This document shows, in pieces, positions 35,802-39,161 of a stretch of DNA of 39,161 nucleotides. Each line of letters opens with the position of its first letter. Within the stretch, counting starts at the first letter, position 1. A model generated the notes under the pieces. It searched no databases, had not been told where the DNA came from, and worked only from the letters and a program-made list of their open reading frames with translations. The position numbers and the translations under genes were made by a program. The DNA comes from a virus (taxonomy: Duplodnaviria > Heunggongvirae > Uroviricota > Caudoviricetes), in the IMG/VR virus record IMGVR_UViG_2706794670_000014. One strand, 5' to 3'.

Positions 35802-37889
35802 TCAGGCCAGCGGATCACTTTCTTTTAATTTCGCTTCGAGCAGTTGCAATCCCCGCTGGAAATTACGCTCGTATTCTTCATCAGGTTCATCGTCAGCGAC
35901 CGGTTGCTGAACGGTCACCGTATTACCCACAGGGCGGTATATGTTTTCCAGCCAGGGCTCCTGCGGCTTGTGCTCCAGCACGTTGACAACCTCATCCTCG
36001 GCATCACGGATTTTTTCCTCTGCGCGTTTACGCATGCCTTTAAGGCGCTGCTGCTGTTTGTAGTATTCCGCGCTGACAGGGAAGGCTTCGCGTTTATTGC
36101 CGTCCCATACCGCCTCGCAAATCACGCTGCCATCCGGGCGGCGCACGGTAATTCGTTCGGCATCATGAATGTCATAGCTGATAAGTACCTTACGGCCATG
36201 CTCGTCACGCAGCTCGGGCGCGTAGTAAATATTATTCAGCCAGCGTATTTCACAGCGTCTTACAGGGCGCTCCACCATCGGCCGGAACATATCCCGCAGT
36301 TCAACATCGGACAGCCATTCAATTTCCGTGTCCTCTTCCGCCAGGCGTTTTTTTCTGAACTCCGCCGGGCTGTAATGTTTACCGTTCGGCTTCATGGGTA
36401 ATTCATCGTGCGGCCGGTTGTTGTACCACTCAACACCGTCACGAATGGCATCAATCAGTTCAGACCAGGACGGTAAATCACGCATCGCTGACTGCTGCCG
36501 GGCGTTCAGCCGTTTGCCCTGTTGCAGGGCACTGAATGCCGAGCGTAAATCGCGGTTGGTTTTACGTAACGTCTCGCGATCTGCTCCTTTCCCGAAATAG
36601 GTGCGGTATTTACGGGCTATGCGCATCGGTAATGTGCGGTTAAGCCGTTCGATAATGCCCCGTCCCTGCGGATTACCGGCAATCCCTGTCGGGTGATTAA
36701 TCCCCAGTCGTGGCAGTATCCCCACAATCTCCTTATCCAGGACGTCGGCGGTTTCCCCGGAGCCATTATCCGAGTAATACAGAAACGGTTTGCCATGATG
36801 GCGAATACCGTGCTGTATGGCACCGGCTACGGCGAAAACATTTTCAGCCAGGTCAAGGCTCCAGCCCACCACAAAGCGCGTGCCACCGTCGATAACAAAG
36901 GTCACTTCCGGTGCGAATGGCCGCCCGTGAACCGGGTGCGCGCATTTCAGCTTCATGCCGTGACCGTCACCAATCCAGACATAATTCACCGGCATTCTGG
37001 ACCAGTCGCGGCGCGTGAATCCCTCAAGCTGACGGTATTCACTGCCAGTTACCCGGCCTTTTTGTTTCACCACTTCCGGCAGTTTCTTCATTGCGCGGCG
37101 AATGGTGTCATAAGAGGGCATGATATCGAGCATATAAGGCTCATCAGCGTGCCGGTGCTGCCATTCAGCAACAAAATCCTCGTAAGCCTCGGTCATTGGT
37201 CGGCCGTTTGACTGGCGATACTGCGCCAGAAATTCGGGCAGCCAGTTAATATCTTCGGCTTTTATTTCCTGGCGTTTACCCGGTGCCAGTAAAAGCAGGC
37301 GTTCAGCGGCGTTCTGTGCCTTGTTAAAGGCCGCAATCCAGCGTTTCAGCGTGATTTCACTCAACGCGCGGCTGTTTCCCTTTTTGGCGTTCGCCGTCTC
37401 AACCATTGCCACAATGCGCTCGTCCAGTTGTGATCGTGCCAGGCTGTTAACGAGGAACCGGATAGCTTTAGCGCAGCTGAAACCGGGTTGTTGCGTGAAT
37501 TTCAGCACCTCACTGACGATCGCAATGCGTGCGTCTGCCACCTGGCGCTGGTTTTCAGTCAGGGCATTGAGGCGTTCGACCATCAGTTGTGGTGATCCGC
37601 GATATGCCTCCACCGCATCAACCACGGCAGACGAGCGTCTGGCCTTTGTCACCACCGGAGCCGGTGATTCATCGGCTTTTTGCGTCATCAGTTGCAGGGC
37701 ATAACGTTCGCGTAATGCCTGCTGTGTCACTTCAGGTAAACAGTCAATGCTGTATTCAAAACCTTTAGCGCCTTTCTTGCGGCGTCTGCTGGTTTCGCTG
37801 GTTGCATACTTCCTGATTGAATAGCGAACGCCTTGCTCCGTTCCCGGCATCCCCGGTAATCCAACCAGTTCTTTAACTGAAGCAAACAT
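35802..37889 (-). CDS. A: Mu A-like DDE transposase
   Basis: 695 aa with an N-terminal winged-helix-like region, a DDE core of Mu-transposase type and an acidic C-terminus. Followed by B. Confidence 0.9.
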   Translation of the reverse strand: MFASVKELVGLPGMPGTEQGVRYSIRKYATSETSRRRKKGAKGFEYSIDCLPEVTQQALRERYALQLMTQKADESPAPVVTKARRSSAVVDAVEAYRGSPQLMVERLNALTENQRQVADARIAIVSEVLKFTQQPGFSCAKAIRFLVNSLARSQLDERIVAMVETANAKKGNSRALSEITLKRWIAAFNKAQNAAERLLLLAPGKRQEIKAEDINWLPEFLAQYRQSNGRPMTEAYEDFVAEWQHRHADEPYMLDIMPSYDTIRRAMKKLPEVVKQKGRVTGSEYRQLEGFTRRDWSRMPVNYVWIGDGHGMKLKCAHPVHGRPFAPEVTFVIDGGTRFVVGWSLDLAENVFAVAGAIQHGIRHHGKPFLYYSDNGSGETADVLDKEIVGILPRLGINHPTGIAGNPQGRGIIERLNRTLPMRIARKYRTYFGKGADRETLRKTNRDLRSAFSALQQGKRLNARQQSAMRDLPSWSELIDAIRDGVEWYNNRPHDELPMKPNGKHYSPAEFRKKRLAEEDTEIEWLSDVELRDMFRPMVERPVRRCEIRWLNNIYYAPELRDEHGRKVLISYDIHDAERITVRRPDGSVICEAVWDGNKREAFPVSAEYYKQQQRLKGMRKRAEEKIRDAEDEVVNVLEHKPQEPWLENIYRPVGNTVTVQQPVADDEPDEEYERNFQRGLQLLEAKLKESDPLA

Positions 37890-37891
37890 AA

Positions 37892-38122
37892 TTACGCGAC
37901 CTTACGAATGTAGCGGCTGGGCCAAATCTCCTCGGGCGGCACCCCCAGGCATTCCGCGATAATCCCCTCATACTTGGGAACATGGCGGTATACCGCGTTG
38001 TACAGATTGTTCTGACCCACGCCAGCTTTACGGGCCAGCGCCCTCATGCTTCCTTCTCTGGCTCTGACTTCCCCCAAAATTCTTTGAGGATGCCAATCAG
38101 GCTTAACTTCATTTCTCGCCAT
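37892..38122 (-). CDS. ner: Ner-like DNA-binding regulator
   Basis: 76 aa resembling Mu Ner, including the C-terminal ...IWPSRY. First gene of the lytic operon, divergent from the repressor. Confidence 0.8.
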   Translation of the reverse strand: MARNEVKPDWHPQRILGEVRAREGSMRALARKAGVGQNNLYNAVYRHVPKYEGIIAECLGVPPEEIWPSRYIRKVA

Positions 38123-38307
38123 GATTCATCTATCCTAAAAAGTTACGAAATTTGATAACTAAACTTAGTTATCAAGTTTGATATAAGTATTGATCCACTT
38201 CTGCTTCATGTAAAGCAAAAAAAACATCTTTCTTTTGTCTATTGTGGATCAATGGTTGCTGACAACACTAAAAGTTAATAATTTCAAATTGATAGGAAGA
38301 AAAGAAA
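38123..38307. promoter_or_regulatory. Divergent operator/promoter region between ner and the repressor gene
   Basis: AT-rich. Near-perfect 20-bp palindrome GATAACTAAACTTAGTTATC, and an inverted repeat ATTGATCCAC ... GTGGATCAAT about 40 bp apart, each arm containing GATC. Confidence 0.6.
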
Positions 38308-38853
38308 ATGAACAAGCAAACAACAACATCTCTTTCTTTTCCTGGTGGTAGAAAAGAAAGCATTGCTGAGCGTCTGAAAAGGCTGATTGGCTCCCGCAGC
38401 GTCAGAGCTGCAGCAAGAGATTGGGGGCTTTCATTTTCAACACTAAACAATTATCTGTCTCGTGGCACTGAGCCATCCTTAAGTGTCGCCCTTCAGATTG
38501 CGTCTATCGAAGGAGTAAGTGTTGAGTGGCTATGTGGATTCAGTGATGCATCACAAGTGAATCGGTGTGAGATCAAGGAAAATCAAGATGAAAGCAAGAA
38601 GATAATTATGACGATTATCAGCGCACTTGATGAAAAAGACTTAGAGCAGCTATCGAAAAATTTGGTTCTGAATGGAGCCAAGTACTTAGCTCGGTTGTTA
38701 GAGCCTGAAAATCAAGATCTAATCCGCTTAGAAGGAAGGAAAAGAATAGCTGCATTACAGCTTGAAGGTATGTCTGACGAACGCGTCAGAGAGATTTTGG
38801 AAGAAACTGAGAGAAGTCGCAAATCTAACGCGGTAGAACCAAAAGCGGGTTAA
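38308..38853 (+). CDS. Prophage repressor with a CI-type N-terminal HTH
   Basis: Divergent from ner-A-B. N-terminal HTH region (SIAERLKRL...GLSFSTLNNYLSRG...LQIASIEGVSVEWL). Confidence 0.7.
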   Translation: MNKQTTTSLSFPGGRKESIAERLKRLIGSRSVRAAARDWGLSFSTLNNYLSRGTEPSLSVALQIASIEGVSVEWLCGFSDASQVNRCEIKENQDESKKIIMTIISALDEKDLEQLSKNLVLNGAKYLARLLEPENQDLIRLEGRKRIAALQLEGMSDERVREILEETERSRKSNAVEPKAG

Positions 38854-38875
38854 TAGCATTAGCCCGCATTTTGCA
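38841..38875 (+). terminator. Rho-independent terminator of the repressor gene
   Basis: A-tract, stem GCGGG / CCCGC with the stop codon in the loop, then ATTTTG. Confidence 0.55.
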
Positions 38876-38925
38876 CTATATCGAGTATTTCGCATTGTTT
38901 GGAACGCCTTAAAAGACTAAAACCA

Positions 38926-39095
38926 CAGTATCAAATGAGTTGCCGATTTTATAATAAATGACTAATTATTGCACAATCGGTATCAAATAGACCTTATCCG
39001 CACATCTAGCCATCACCTGTTTTATTTCAGTATCTTACAGGTGATTTCACCTCCTTTCACTAAACCCCTTGTCGGTATCAAATGATTCACCTGGT
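38926..39095. repeat. Prophage left-end region with three copies of the CGGTATCAAAT motif (putative transposase-binding sites L1-L3, inverted relative to the right end) and an 8-bp-stem hairpin
   Basis: CAGTATCAAATGAG 38926-38939, ATCGGTATCAAATAG 38977-38990 and GTCGGTATCAAATGATTCAC 39071-39090. Hairpin TCACCTGT (39013-39020) / ACAGGTGA (39037-39044). Confidence 0.6.
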
Positions 39096-39161
39096 TATAT
39101 GTCGCCAGTCGATACCTTCCAGCAGCATCGCCAGCTGCGCCTGTGTAAGGAACACTTTGCC

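Larger units (their letters stand above)
541..39095 (-). mobile_element. Mu-like transposable prophage, apparently complete, lytic genes on the minus strand; termini approximate
   Basis: Mu-like synteny throughout: repressor, ner, A, B, gam, mor-like, lysis, terminase, portal, head, tail, invertible segment, gin, com, mom. Inverted TTTGATACCG-type repeats sit at both ends. Confidence 0.85.

Noticed and set aside
1-39161. Search for rRNA, tRNA and CRISPR arrays
   Set aside because: No regularly spaced direct repeats with unique spacers, no tRNA-like cloverleaf candidates and no rRNA-like segments were noticed. The only repeat families are the prophage end motifs.

Overview
The window is almost entirely one Mu-like transposable prophage of about 38.5 kb (roughly 550 to 39095), lying in reverse orientation so that the lytic genes read on the minus strand. 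From high to low coordinates the order is Mu-like: a plus-strand repressor and operator region, ner, the DDE transposase A, the B ATPase, a block of small early genes including Gam, a GemA-like gene and a Mor/C-family activator, then an SAR endolysin lysis cassette, terminase small and large subunits, portal, head genes, tail sheath and tube, tape measure, baseplate genes, tail fibre, a Gin-type invertible segment, gin, and the com-mom module at the right end. Both ends carry three copies of a TTTGATACCG-type motif in inverted orientation, which I read as transposase-binding sites; the exact termini are not resolved. The left flank (1-459) is the 3' fragment of an IS66-family transposase gene. 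Nine runs of N (about 250 nt each) interrupt structural genes, so coordinates and reading frames across them are unreliable. The most interesting parts are cargo that I do not recognise as Mu core: a visibly AT-rich three-gene cassette inside the early operon (30181-30833) with one gene pointing in the lysogeny direction, a 684-aa sialate O-acetylesterase-like protein with two small genes between gin and com-mom, and a second AT-rich region with a lysogeny-oriented 97-aa ORF beside a GATC-rich com-mom control region. No rRNA, tRNA or CRISPR array was seen. All calls are from reading the sequence and translated ORFs; no database search was run.
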